DNA from: Candidatus Bathyarchaeota archaeon
GTDB lineage: Archaea; Thermoproteota; Bathyarchaeia; Bathyarchaeales; Bathyarchaeaceae
Direction: 5' to 3'
Assembly: GCA_037386325.1 (NCBI GenBank)
Contig: JARRMB010000008.1
Location: forward strand, 4,436-68,435
Length of the DNA: 64,000 nt
A program made the position numbers and the translations under genes. This document shows, piece after piece, positions 9,570 through 18,988 of the stretch. Numbering within the stretch: the stretch's first letter is position 1; each line of letters starts with the position of its first letter. The notes under the pieces were generated by a model. It did no database searches. It was not told the DNA's origin and was given only the letters and a program-made list of their open reading frames with translations.

Positions 9570-10636
9570 CGTTCAATCACAGCTTCTTCTTTAACTAAGG
9601 TTCCAAAGTGTCTACCGCCCATTTCTACTCTCGCTAGAATTTCGTCTCCTTTTTTCAGGTTTGTAACTGCTTTTGAACCGTTAGGAGTAACTAAACGTAT
9701 TGTTTCTGCATTTTGTGTAATTAATTTCAAAGTTCTGTTTTCATACTCAGCTTCAATAAGTAACATAGGTCTCCATTCAATTTTTGCTCGGGCTACATTT
9801 GTTAGTCGTAAATTACCTTGACGATCAACAACTAGGGCTTCTTCACCACTTTTCAATTCAGATAAATATCTGGTTCTAGTTGGAGAGGTCAAAGTATACA
9901 ATGATAGGGGACCTGCATTGACTCTGAAAGGCCGGGTTTCTACGTATGGGCTTTCATGAACTTCAGCCTGAACTAAAAAAAGTCCAGACGATTGGCAACC
10001 CAAAAGAATCCCTTCTCCAGGTTTCATTAATTCACATGTATCTATACAGATTCGAGCACCAGTTCCAATCTCCTTAATCTCGGAAACTTTGACAGGAACC
10101 AACTTAATGGTAGTAGGCGGTTTCTTGATAAATTCTGCAGTTTTTTTAAGCTCTTCAGAGCTGTCAGTTTTTAAAACTACCCCATCTGATCCAAGTTCTA
10201 ATGTTTCTAAAGCAACCTTGGCTTCTTTGACATTTGAAACCTCTGCAAGCAATTTAATTTTTCCTCTAGTTTTGGCAATGAGATTCTCTAAAGGAATTAT
10301 CTTCCAATCTGGAGTTCCAACTATAATGTAATCAATCTTTAAATTAGCTGCTTCTAAGGCTGTTGTTTCATCCTTTTTGCTATGAATATTAATTTTTAGG
10401 GCAACAGTTTTTCCTTTATTTTTTAAGATTTTCAAAGTTTCAGGATTGAATGTTTTGAGGACAATAATATCTGATTCCTCTGATTCTGAAGCAACTTTCA
10501 AACCAAACTTTTTTGCACTGATCAAATCATCTAGATTAACCAATATTACATCGCAAGTTTGAACCGCAGATTGGAACAATTTGTTTTTCTGATTTTCTGA
10601 AAGGTTATTGCTAACTTCGATCCAAAGTTCTTTCAT
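9566..10636 (-). CDS. aroB': 3-dehydroquinate synthase II (archaeal, aroB')
   Basis: 356 aa. Starts KELWIEV... Length and layout match the archaeal DHQ synthase II family, and it lies directly downstream of ADH synthase. Confidence 0.9.
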   Translation of the reverse strand: MKELWIEVSNNLSENQKNKLFQSAVQTCDVILVNLDDLISAKKFGLKVASESEESDIIVLKTFNPETLKILKNKGKTVALKINIHSKKDETTALEAANLKIDYIIVGTPDWKIIPLENLIAKTRGKIKLLAEVSNVKEAKVALETLELGSDGVVLKTDSSEELKKTAEFIKKPPTTIKLVPVKVSEIKEIGTGARICIDTCELMKPGEGILLGCQSSGLFLVQAEVHESPYVETRPFRVNAGPLSLYTLTSPTRTRYLSELKSGEEALVVDRQGNLRLTNVARAKIEWRPMLLIEAEYENRTLKLITQNAETIRLVTPNGSKAVTNLKKGDEILARVEMGGRHFGTLVKEEAVIER

Positions 10637-11367
10637 TAAGATTCACCAAGAATTTTCATAGCCTCAGAAACTGAAAAATTCTTATGAACAATAGCGGAAA
10701 GTGCTTTAATCATCTTAGTTGGTTCTTCATATTGGAATACATTTCTACCAATAGAAAGACCTGCTCCCCCTGCATTTATTGATTCTTTCACCATCGTCAA
10801 AACATCTAAACTAGTTTCGGCTTTTGGTCCACCAGCAATAATTACTGGGACCGGACAAGATTCAACAACATTTTGGAATGTTTCTATATCACCGGTATAA
10901 TTTGTTTTAATAATATCTGCGCCCAGTTCAGCTCCTAATCGGGCAGCATGAGCTACAACATCAACTGCATGAGAATCTTTGATTTTTGGTCCACGAGGAT
11001 ACATCATAGCCAAGAGAGGAATACCAAAGTCATCACATTCACAAGCGACATTGCCCAATGTTGATATCATCTCTGCTTCATGATCAGATCCAATATTAAC
11101 ATGTACTGAAACAGCATCTGCACCCAATCTTATTGCATCGATGACAGAACAGATTTGTACTTTGTTATTTGGATCGGGACAATGCACAGAAATTCCAGAT
11201 AGATGAATGATTAGTCCCGAGTTTCCCGTGTTAACCTTTTTTGCTATACCTCTATTGATAAGAACTGAATCAACATCTCCGAGTAGTAATTTGTCAACTA
11301 TTGCTTGCATATTTTCTAGTCCCTTTACTGGTCCTATGGTCACACCATGATCCATTGGAACAAACAC
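10636..11367 (-). CDS. aroA': 2-amino-3,7-dideoxy-D-threo-hept-6-ulosonate (ADH) synthase (aroA'), N-terminus missing
   Basis: [15 protein letters not shown]...MMYPRG...AHAARLGAELGADIIKTNYTG...IAGGPK closely resembles the M. jannaschii MJ0400 family as I recall it. The roughly 12-25 residues normally ahead of ...RLxRIF are absent. Upstream, the frame runs into a repeat copy and a TAG. Confidence 0.9.
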   Translation of the reverse strand: MFVPMDHGVTIGPVKGLENMQAIVDKLLLGDVDSVLINRGIAKKVNTGNSGLIIHLSGISVHCPDPNNKVQICSVIDAIRLGADAVSVHVNIGSDHEAEMISTLGNVACECDDFGIPLLAMMYPRGPKIKDSHAVDVVAHAARLGAELGADIIKTNYTGDIETFQNVVESCPVPVIIAGGPKAETSLDVLTMVKESINAGGAGLSIGRNVFQYEEPTKMIKALSAIVHKNFSVSEAMKILGES

Positions 11368-12401
11368 TGTTCTGTTATCATTTTGGAAGATACTCTGTAA
11401 AAAAGGATCGCCCCCAGACTAGACTTGATCGTATTATGCCCCAGCGCAATAAATTTCACGCCATCAAGTACCGGATCTTTTCGTATTCTTCCAACAACGG
11501 TACTCATTCCTTTGCCTTCCATACGATCAAGTCTAGTCTGAGGGCGATCCTTTTCCCAAGTGACTATAACTGGCTTTTCTGGAGCTGACGGAAGCCGTAG
11601 TTTTTGAGGTTCCCCAACGAAGTTTTCCATAGCTTCAGCTACATCTGTAGGTTCAGCTTTTTCTCGTGTCTCAACAAAAACAGCTTCCATGTGACCATCA
11701 ATTGTTGAAACTCTGTGACAACTCGCTGAAACCTTAAAATCTGCAGGTTTTGATGCTGTTCCAAGTATCTTTTGTGTTTCTGACTCAAGTTTGGGTTCTT
11801 CACCGTTTATGAATGGGATTACATTATCAACAATATCCAAAGAAGCCACACCTGGATAACCAGCACCCGATATAGCTTGCATCGTAGAGACTATAAGACT
11901 CCTTATTCCAAATACATCTTGGATCGGTTTTAGTGGTAAAGTAAGAACAGTTGTGCTGCAATTTGGATTTGTAACAATTGCCCCATCCCACTTCCTTTTT
12001 CTCCGTTGTTCATCTATAAGGCTAATATGATTACAGTTTATTTCTGGATTCAACATTGGAACATCAGGATCCATTCTATGTGAAGATGCATTACTTACTA
12101 TAACATAACCTGCTTTGGCGAATGCTTCTTCAACAGTTCCCGCAACTTCAGAGGGTAAAGCGGAAAAAACAATATCAACATCTTCAACTGCACTTGGATC
12201 TATATCAACAACTTCTATAGAAGCTACATCATCAGGAATTGGAGTAGTTTGTCTCCATCGAGACGCCTCACCATATGTTCTTCCTTTACTTCGTTCTGAG
12301 GCCGCCAAAGTTGTAACTTGAAACCATGGATGCCCATCTAATAATTGGACAAAAATTTGCCCAACATTTCCTGTTGCACCTAATACAGCTGCTTTTAACA
12401 T
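11340..12401 (-). CDS. asd: Aspartate-semialdehyde dehydrogenase (C-terminus replaced)
   Basis: LGATGNVGQ Rossmann motif, NPNCSTT active-site Cys, DRPQTRLDR and ALGHNT. After HNT the expected IRGAAG... tail is replaced by the reverse complement of the gene's own DRPQTRLD codons. Confidence 0.9.
   Translation of the reverse strand: MLKAAVLGATGNVGQIFVQLLDGHPWFQVTTLAASERSKGRTYGEASRWRQTTPIPDDVASIEVVDIDPSAVEDVDIVFSALPSEVAGTVEEAFAKAGYVIVSNASSHRMDPDVPMLNPEINCNHISLIDEQRRKRKWDGAIVTNPNCSTTVLTLPLKPIQDVFGIRSLIVSTMQAISGAGYPGVASLDIVDNVIPFINGEEPKLESETQKILGTASKPADFKVSASCHRVSTIDGHMEAVFVETREKAEPTDVAEAMENFVGEPQKLRLPSAPEKPVIVTWEKDRPQTRLDRMEGKGMSTVVGRIRKDPVLDGVKFIALGHNTIKSSLGAILFYRVSSKMITEQCLFQWIMV
11401..11434. 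repeat. Left arm of a 34-bp inverted repeat (33/34 match) at the asd/aroA' junction
   Basis: aaaaggatcgcccccagactagacttgatcgtat. The reverse complement of 11521..11554 differs only at 11414. Confidence 0.9.
11521..11554. repeat. Right arm of the 34-bp inverted repeat (inside asd, coding DRPQTRLDR)
   Basis: atacgatcaagtctagtctgagggcgatcctttt. An 86-nt loop (11435..11520) separates the arms. Confidence 0.9.
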
Positions 12402-12403
12402 TT

Positions 12404-13699
12404 TCAGTCACCATTTAATGCGTTTCCTATTAAGTTTAGGACCTTCTCTTTTTGCTCCCATTCCACAAACAAGAGTATACTGGACGTGATAGTCATTAAT
12501 CCAAATATATTAATAGAATTCAATCTTAATGCTTCAGATATTCTACCTGTAAGACCAGGAGTTTTTTCTAAACCAACACCTTTGATTGTGATGAGGGCTA
12601 ATTGTGGTCTAACAGACATAGCTAATGTTTCCTCATGAGTTATTGTTATTTGATGAAGCTTTTCTAAAAGAATTTTTGAGTTAGAATTTTCGGAAATGTA
12701 GAGAATCATTGAATCATAATTCAAAGATAATCCTAATAATTCTGCATAACATTTCACTGTTTCAGTCAATTCTTCTATAACTTTTGGATGAGAAGAGATA
12801 CGCTTTCCAACAACTGTAACTAACATGGTAGGAGTGGAACTTGTCAATTCAACATTCAATTCATTTGATAAAGATCCGTTGATTAAAGTTCCCTCTGCAT
12901 TCAGATTACCATGGCTATGCTTAATTACTCTAACTTTGATGGAAGCATCTTTGTAGCGTAGAGCTTTCCTGTGTATGAATTTTGTACCCGAATCAGCCAA
13001 TCCAATCAAAGTGCCAACATCGATCTCCGGAAGACGCTTTGGACAATCGATAATCTTTGGATCTGCTGACATAATACCCTCGGCATCAGTAACTAAAATA
13101 AGTTCATCTGCCTCTAAGGCCTTAGCCAAAATAAAAGCTGTTGTATCACTTCCACCCCGTCCTAGTGTAGTGACTCGATTATCTTTTGTTCTACCAATAA
13201 AACCTGCAATAACAGGAATGATACCCTTTTCAACAATAGGAAGAATATTCTGCTTAGCCCGCATATAACAAAGGTCAAGAATTGGATTAGCATCAGAAAA
13301 TAGATCATCAGTTATTATAGGCCATTCTGGATCATGTGGATCAACATATCGAGAGTTAACACCTTGGGCTTTTAAAGCAGCAGCTATAATTCGGATACTA
13401 GTTCTCTCACCCATCGCCAGAATCTCATCTAAATCTTTCTTATGCAACTTTCCATTAGAACTATTTCTAGCAGCATGAAATAGCGTATCAGTTGTTTTAC
13501 CCATAGCTGAAACAATAACAGCAAGCTGGGTACCCTTTTTTGCTTCTTCAGCAACTGCAGTAACTGCTCTCAATATCCGTTCATGGTCTGAAAGACTGGA
13601 ACCTCCAAACTTGACCACAATTCGTTTTTGATGAATGAATTCATTATTTTCTTTCATAAAACTAAACTCTCCTAAAGCCCAGAAAGCTAAAAACTTCAA
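12404..13699 (-). CDS. lysC: Aspartate kinase
   Basis: VVKFGGSSL, GRGGSDTTA and C-terminal ACT-like repeats. The likely true start is the internal M (MKENNEF...) at 13657. Confidence 0.9.
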   Translation of the reverse strand: MKFLAFWALGEFSFMKENNEFIHQKRIVVKFGGSSLSDHERILRAVTAVAEEAKKGTQLAVIVSAMGKTTDTLFHAARNSSNGKLHKKDLDEILAMGERTSIRIIAAALKAQGVNSRYVDPHDPEWPIITDDLFSDANPILDLCYMRAKQNILPIVEKGIIPVIAGFIGRTKDNRVTTLGRGGSDTTAFILAKALEADELILVTDAEGIMSADPKIIDCPKRLPEIDVGTLIGLADSGTKFIHRKALRYKDASIKVRVIKHSHGNLNAEGTLINGSLSNELNVELTSSTPTMLVTVVGKRISSHPKVIEELTETVKCYAELLGLSLNYDSMILYISENSNSKILLEKLHQITITHEETLAMSVRPQLALITIKGVGLEKTPGLTGRISEALRLNSINIFGLMTITSSILLFVEWEQKEKVLNLIGNALNGD

Positions 13700-13891
13700 T
13701 TCAACTAACTGAGCTTAAAAATAAAAGAAATAGCTAAAGCTATAGAATTGCCAAGAAGTCATTGCTGAAGTCGTCGTGGGGCGATTCATAGGCCCAATTT
13801 CCTTTAACTTGAAAAAAGAAATGTTTTCTTATATAAAAGATTATCGTAGCAAACAAAAAAGGAGATAATCCTACTATGAAAAAACTAACTA

Positions 13892-15256
13892 TTATTGAAT
13901 CGTCTTCCTAAGATAATTTTTTATCTCAGCAACACTTTGGAAACCATATTCAATTTTATTAAAATCTTTCCTCAAGTCAGTTACATCTTTCCTAACTTCG
14001 GAGGGAATTCTGTTACCTTTTATGATATCTAATATCAATGAGCACAAAGATTCTATATCATCCGCTTTGAAGCCTCTGCGTGTGATATCTTGAAAACCTA
14101 TTCTTAAACCCGATGGATCACTGCGATTATGTTGATTATCATAAGGAAGAAGATTCTTATTTACAATTATATTAGCATCCTCAAGGCTAAAAGCAAGTTT
14201 TTGACCCCCACCATAATCTTTAACATCTACAACTATTTGATGAGACATAGTAAATCCATTCTTTTTACCCAAAACATTTACACCGTTTTCAAACAAACAC
14301 TTAGCTGCTGTTTGAGCATTCTTAATGGTTTGTTTTGCTAATTCTTTTCCATAAATTTTCATTTCAAGTGCAGCCAATCCTAGAGCAGGAAGTCTACCAA
14401 GATGAGTGTTAGAGGCGCTTAATGGAAAAACAGCATGTTGGACCTTTTTTATCGCTTTCTTAGTTCGTTCATCTTCACAGTTCGCAAGAATGACACCACC
14501 TTGTGGTCCAGGGAAAGTTTTATGGGTTGATGCAGTTATGAAGTCTGCACCTTCTTTAAGTGGATTTTGGAATTCACCTCCTGCAATCAAACCGAGGACA
14601 TGAGCAGCATCATATGCTACATATGCACCAGTTTCTTTGGCAACCTTTGCTAATTCCTTAACGGGATGGGGAAATGGGAATACGCTACCCCCAAAGGTTA
14701 CTATTCCAGGTCTTGCTGCGTCAATTATTATTGCAGATTTTTCTGAGTCTATATTTAGTTCATTTATATCATAAGCGTGATTAATAGTCTCTAATCCTAG
14801 AACTCTTCCAGCAAGTCCAGAGTAATCGTGAGTAATATGAGCCCCAGCACTTAGCGGTAAAACAACCATACGATTGTTTTTTGTCGCTAAAGATATTCCT
14901 TTGAATGTTGCTAAGTTTGCATGTGTTCCAGAAACAAGTCTGACGTCAGCCCAATTACAGTCGAAAAGATTTTTCATCAAGTCTGTTGTGAAATCTTCAA
15001 TTTGGGTCATGTATTTTTGACCTTGATAATGTCTTGCTTTTGCGTGTCCTTTGAGGTCGTTCTCCCCTTCTGCGTATCTTGATTCTAAATCGTTTGATAG
15101 ACTTAGCATTTCTTCTACTGCAGGAGACTTAAGACCCTCACTTGCAATGAGGTTAATGCACTCTTTTCCTCTATATCTTTCATGATTTTCATTTGCTTCA
15201 ATTAAATTACTAGCTATTTCAAGAAAGTTATCTTCCACGGCCCGTTTTCCTCCCAA
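13892..15256 (-). CDS. glyA: Serine hydroxymethyltransferase
   Basis: 454 aa. INLIASEG, VSGTHANL and TASTHKTFPGPQGG (PLP lysine) motifs. TTG start. Confidence 0.9.
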   Translation of the reverse strand: MGGKRAVEDNFLEIASNLIEANENHERYRGKECINLIASEGLKSPAVEEMLSLSNDLESRYAEGENDLKGHAKARHYQGQKYMTQIEDFTTDLMKNLFDCNWADVRLVSGTHANLATFKGISLATKNNRMVVLPLSAGAHITHDYSGLAGRVLGLETINHAYDINELNIDSEKSAIIIDAARPGIVTFGGSVFPFPHPVKELAKVAKETGAYVAYDAAHVLGLIAGGEFQNPLKEGADFITASTHKTFPGPQGGVILANCEDERTKKAIKKVQHAVFPLSASNTHLGRLPALGLAALEMKIYGKELAKQTIKNAQTAAKCLFENGVNVLGKKNGFTMSHQIVVDVKDYGGGQKLAFSLEDANIIVNKNLLPYDNQHNRSDPSGLRIGFQDITRRGFKADDIESLCSLILDIIKGNRIPSEVRKDVTDLRKDFNKIEYGFQSVAEIKNYLRKTIQ

Positions 15257-15432
15257 ACAATTCCCTCAGGGCATTTTGTTGCTTTTTGAGCACTGCCTGA
15301 CTTATTTAGATTTCTTTGGTGTACAACGCCATCATTCATTTTATCGAAAATAGATTTATGTGAAGGTTTATTTTGCAAATATATCTGATTCGTAATTAAG
15401 ATTTTGTCTTCACAAAGTTTTTCAATATTCAT
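15214..15432 (-). CDS. Hypothetical small protein (doubtful)
   Basis: 72-aa ORF with no recognisable motif. It overlaps the glyA start by 43 nt. Confidence 0.2.
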   Translation of the reverse strand: MNIEKLCEDKILITNQIYLQNKPSHKSIFDKMNDGVVHQRNLNKSGSAQKATKCPEGIVWEENGPWKITFLK

Positions 15433-15445
15433 AATCCTGATTTAT

Positions 15446-15604
15446 ATGGTGCAACATTTGAGTAAGAAAAAACTCCATTATGGAGTTCGACTAACTATTG
15501 ATCAATTAAAGTATCTCAAAACTGTTGGTAAACCTTCAGAGTGGATACGTGACGCAGTTGAAGAAAAGAAAAGACGAGAAGAGAAAAAAAGAGTGACTCT
15601 ATAG
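15446..15604 (+). CDS. Ribbon-helix-helix (CopG-like) small DNA-binding protein
   Basis: From the ATG at 15446: MVQHLSKKKLHYGVRLTIDQLKYLKTVGKPSEWIRDAVEEKKRREEKK. This gives a beta-strand / helix / helix RHH pattern followed by a basic tail. Confidence 0.45.
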   Translation: MVQHLSKKKLHYGVRLTIDQLKYLKTVGKPSEWIRDAVEEKKRREEKKRVTL

Positions 15605-15860
15605 ATAAATTAGATAATAATAAAATTTTAGAAATTATAAAAATAATTTTTTCTATTTTAATTGCCTTGATTAAAACTTTTTTGCAAATCTCAAAAGGAA
15701 AAGTTATTTTACTGTTTTAATTAAATTAATTAGTAGATTAAAAAATTCTATCTGAAAAAGATAACCGCTAAAAAAGTGTCGGATTCATCATATATTGATT
15801 ATTTTATTCCGACATATTTTTATACTGGATTGGTGAAGTCATCACGTCGAGAGTGATATT

Positions 15861-17306
15861 ATGTCGGACTATGACGGAAAAAGACCTGAAACAAAACAAG
15901 AATTTATTGAGTTACTTATTAATGCCAAGAAAGAGGAAAGAAAATTAAGAAGAAATCGAGGCAATAGATCAACGAAACCGACAATTAAAGGCACCTCGGA
16001 AATATTGGGAATTCATCGTGATACTTTATATCAATGGATGAGAGAATTTGATGTTGATTTTTCGGATATAGACGATAAAAAGTCTCTTCCAGAAATTACG
16101 AAAAAAGAAGAAACTACTTATCTTATCGGTGAAGCCTTGATGGGTGAAGGAAATGAAATTGCACACGTTGATTTACTAATTGGAGACAAGAGCGGTCCAA
16201 TTGGTGCTGCATTTGCAAATGGTTTATCAAATCTATCGGTCGGACACACCCCACTTCTTGCAGTAGTTCGTCCGAATCTTCCACCTAAACCGCATACACT
16301 TCTGGTACCAAAAGTTACTGTAAAAAATATGGATGATGCGGGAAAAATTTTTGGTCCGGCTCAGGCAGCCGTAGCTAAAGCCGTAGCCGATTCTGTTGAA
16401 GAAGGTGTTATTCCAAAAGATAAAGTTGATGAATGGGTAATTATCTGTAGTGTTTTTATCCACCCTCAAGCGAAAGACTATCGCAGCATTTACCATTATA
16501 ATTACGGGGCAACAAAATTAGCCCTGTCAAGAGCATTAGAGAATTATCCATCTTTAGATAAAATTATGTATGATAAAGATAGGGCAAAGCATCCGATAAT
16601 GGGTTTCAATGTCCCCAGATTATGGAGACCACCATACCTACAGATAGCTTTAGACAATCCCAACTTAGAAGGAGCTAAAAAGATCATACAAATGTTACCA
16701 GAGAGTGATAGAATAATCTTGGAAGTTGGAACTCCTCTTCTAAAAAAATATGGAGTTAATGTTATTCGCGATCTCAGAAAAATTGCAAAGGACTTGTTTA
16801 TTGTAGCAGATTTAAAGACGCTAGATGTAGGAAAAGTTGAGGTAGACATGGCCTATGAAGAGACAGCCGACGCAGTTGTAGTCGCTGGTTTAGCGACCAC
16901 GGAAACTATTGATAAATTCATAAAAGAAGCAAAAAGACTGGGAATTTATGCAATAATGGATTTAATGAATGTTGAAGATCCTATTAGTAAACTTCGATCG
17001 CTGAAAAAATTGCCAGATGTTGCTATTTTACATCGTGCAATTGATGCAGAAAAGACCGGTAAAACTAGATGGGAGATAATAAAAGAAATGCGACAGACAT
17101 TTCCTAACAAAAAGTTCCTAATAGCTGTTGCAGGAGGTATAACTCCCCAAACAGCACCGGAAGCTTTGTCGAATGGTGCAAACATCATTATTGTTGGACG
17201 ATACATTACGCAGTCAAAAGATGTTGAACGAGCAACAAGAGAATTTCTTAAATCAACCAGAGAGATGGCAGAAGATATAGACCTCTTTAGGGTACATGTC
17301 GAATAA
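15861..17306 (+). CDS. fae-hps: Formaldehyde-activating enzyme / 3-hexulose-6-phosphate synthase fusion (Fae-Hps) with an 88-aa N-terminal HTH extension
   Basis: From residue ~89, [29 protein letters not shown]...[12 protein letters not shown] is Fae. [14 protein letters not shown]...IVADLKTLD...VAGGI is the HPS/OMPDC-like barrel. The N-terminus contains [19 protein letters not shown], a Fis-type HTH. Confidence 0.9.
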   Translation: MSDYDGKRPETKQEFIELLINAKKEERKLRRNRGNRSTKPTIKGTSEILGIHRDTLYQWMREFDVDFSDIDDKKSLPEITKKEETTYLIGEALMGEGNEIAHVDLLIGDKSGPIGAAFANGLSNLSVGHTPLLAVVRPNLPPKPHTLLVPKVTVKNMDDAGKIFGPAQAAVAKAVADSVEEGVIPKDKVDEWVIICSVFIHPQAKDYRSIYHYNYGATKLALSRALENYPSLDKIMYDKDRAKHPIMGFNVPRLWRPPYLQIALDNPNLEGAKKIIQMLPESDRIILEVGTPLLKKYGVNVIRDLRKIAKDLFIVADLKTLDVGKVEVDMAYEETADAVVVAGLATTETIDKFIKEAKRLGIYAIMDLMNVEDPISKLRSLKKLPDVAILHRAIDAEKTGKTRWEIIKEMRQTFPNKKFLIAVAGGITPQTAPEALSNGANIIIVGRYITQSKDVERATREFLKSTREMAEDIDLFRVHVE

Positions 17307-17307
17307 A

Positions 17308-17331
17308 GAGGAAAAAACTTCCTCCTTTTTT
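17308..17331 (+). terminator. Hairpin plus T-tract downstream of fae-hps
   Basis: gaggaa (17308-17313) pairs with ttcctc (17319-17324). A T6 run follows at 17326-17331, directly after the stop codon. Confidence 0.4.
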
Positions 17332-17423
17332 CAGCTAAGTTTTAAATTTAGAAAAAACTGACAATGTTGAAAAGGTTATTAGTTTCATAAACTCTCAAAA
17401 ATTAAGTGGTCGGGTTTTAATTA

Positions 17424-18248
17424 TTGAGATATATTGATGCACATATTCATTTAGCAGATCAAAATTATTCACAGATTATTGAAGAAATAATTGAAGAAGC
17501 AAAAAATTCAAATGTTTTAGGTTTAATCGCTAATTCAACAAATCTGGAATCTAGTCGAAAAAGTCTCTGTTTAGCTGAGAAATATTCTGAATTTGTTTTT
17601 GCAGCTTTAGGAATTCATCCATGGAATACAAAGGAGCTAAAAGAAAATGAAGTCGATGATATTACAAATCTGATTTTGAGTAACCTAAAGTATGATCAAA
17701 GATTGATCGCAATTGGAGAAATAGGTTTGGATGCTAGTTATTCAGGAACGGGAGAACCCACAGAAATTCAAATTGATGTTTTTCAAAAAATGTTAAAATT
17801 GGCAGAGAAAACAGCGTTACCTGCAATAATTCATTCCAGAGGTTCAACAGAACAAATTATGAATATACTTCCATCATATAGAATCAAAAAAATACTTCTT
17901 CATTGGTTCAGTCAACCCCAAAGTTTAATTCCAACAATAATAGACCGTGGATATTTGATTTCAGAAGGACCAACAGTAGTTTATTCAAAGGGAATTCAAG
18001 AAATTGTTAAACAAATCCCATTAACCAATCTTCTTACAGAAACAGATGGACCAGTTCGTTTCAGAGGTCCTTTTAATAAAAAGTTAACTATGCCTTCTTT
18101 TATCCCCACGGTGGTTGAGACTATAGCGCAATTGAAGGGACAAGAAAAAAATGTTATTTCTGAGCAGATTTTTCTTAATTTCATCAATTTTTTTGGTCTT
18201 AGAGGCGTAAGGGATAAAAGGTATGATGAGGGGTCATTTCATAAATAA
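17424..18248 (+). CDS. tatD: TatD-family metal-dependent hydrolase
   Basis: 274 aa. YIDAHIHL start, GEIGLD and IIHSR motifs. Confidence 0.85.
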   Translation: MRYIDAHIHLADQNYSQIIEEIIEEAKNSNVLGLIANSTNLESSRKSLCLAEKYSEFVFAALGIHPWNTKELKENEVDDITNLILSNLKYDQRLIAIGEIGLDASYSGTGEPTEIQIDVFQKMLKLAEKTALPAIIHSRGSTEQIMNILPSYRIKKILLHWFSQPQSLIPTIIDRGYLISEGPTVVYSKGIQEIVKQIPLTNLLTETDGPVRFRGPFNKKLTMPSFIPTVVETIAQLKGQEKNVISEQIFLNFINFFGLRGVRDKRYDEGSFHK

Positions 18249-18276
18249 ATAAGTAAATGATTGGTACAGGGAAGGC

Positions 18277-18504
18277 TTGTTGAAAATGGCCAGAGTTCGA
18301 ACTCAAGTAAAAAAGATTGTTGATGAATTATTTGAAAATTATCCAGACGAGTTTACTACAGATTTTGAAAATAATAAAAAATTAGTAGAGGAATACACCA
18401 CCATTTCTTCAAAAAAATTGAGAAATAGAGTAGCTGGTTATGCTTCTCGATTAGCAAATACTGAATATGTTTCTGACTCTTCTGAAATGGAAGATGAAGA
18501 TTAG
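18277..18504 (+). CDS. rps17e: Ribosomal protein eS17 (S17e)
   Basis: MARVRTQVKK...DFENNKKLVEEY...SKKLRNRVAGY matches eS17. The probable ATG is at 18286. Confidence 0.85.
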   Translation: MLKMARVRTQVKKIVDELFENYPDEFTTDFENNKKLVEEYTTISSKKLRNRVAGYASRLANTEYVSDSSEMEDED

Positions 18505-18593
18505 AGGAACTATTTCAGAGATTAATCGTTTTTTATAATAAATTAATTCAGTGTAGTATTGGGTATAACATTTTTTTATTAAAATAGGATAAA

Positions 18594-18968
18594 ATGTTGC
18601 AAATGATTGACAATTACAGAAAAGGTTGGGCGACTCGTTACCTACGAGAGTCAAAGGCAGAGCTCATTGCAGCTAAAAAAACGCCTTACATGGCAGCAGG
18701 TTTTATTATTGAAGCACTAACAAAAGCTCAGGCTGCAATATACTATAGCTTAGGTGATCCAGCGTATATAGTTCCAATAATCCATGAAACCATGCATACA
18801 CAACAAAACGTTGAAGATCCTATTTTGAATTTTCTTGTTGAAATTGAAAAAACTCTTCAACAATTAGCGCAAAATCCTACAGCAGAAAATGAAAAAATGA
18901 TAGAACAAGTTAGTGACATAATTGATTATACTTCTGAGATAGTGGAGCTTCTCGGAGAAAATAGTTAA
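18594..18968 (+). CDS. Hypothetical helical protein (possibly HEPN-like)
   Basis: 124 aa, apparently all-helical. Weak resemblance to HEPN four-helix proteins (RYLRESKAELIAAK...ALTKAQAAIYYSLG). No clear R-x4-6-H motif. Confidence 0.3.
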   Translation: MLQMIDNYRKGWATRYLRESKAELIAAKKTPYMAAGFIIEALTKAQAAIYYSLGDPAYIVPIIHETMHTQQNVEDPILNFLVEIEKTLQQLAQNPTAENEKMIEQVSDIIDYTSEIVELLGENS

Positions 18969-18988
18969 TAGCCTTGAGATAATAAAAG

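Noticed and set aside
11301-11588. The 95-aa plus-strand ORF containing [10 protein letters not shown] and [12 protein letters not shown].
   Set aside because: It exists only because the inverted repeat places asd-derived codons on both strands. It overlaps the asd and aroA' coding sequence and has no independent support.
15446-15604. The RHH protein as the antitoxin of a toxin-antitoxin pair.
   Set aside because: No adjacent toxin-like ORF exists. The only neighbour is a doubtful 72-aa ORF on the opposite strand that overlaps glyA.
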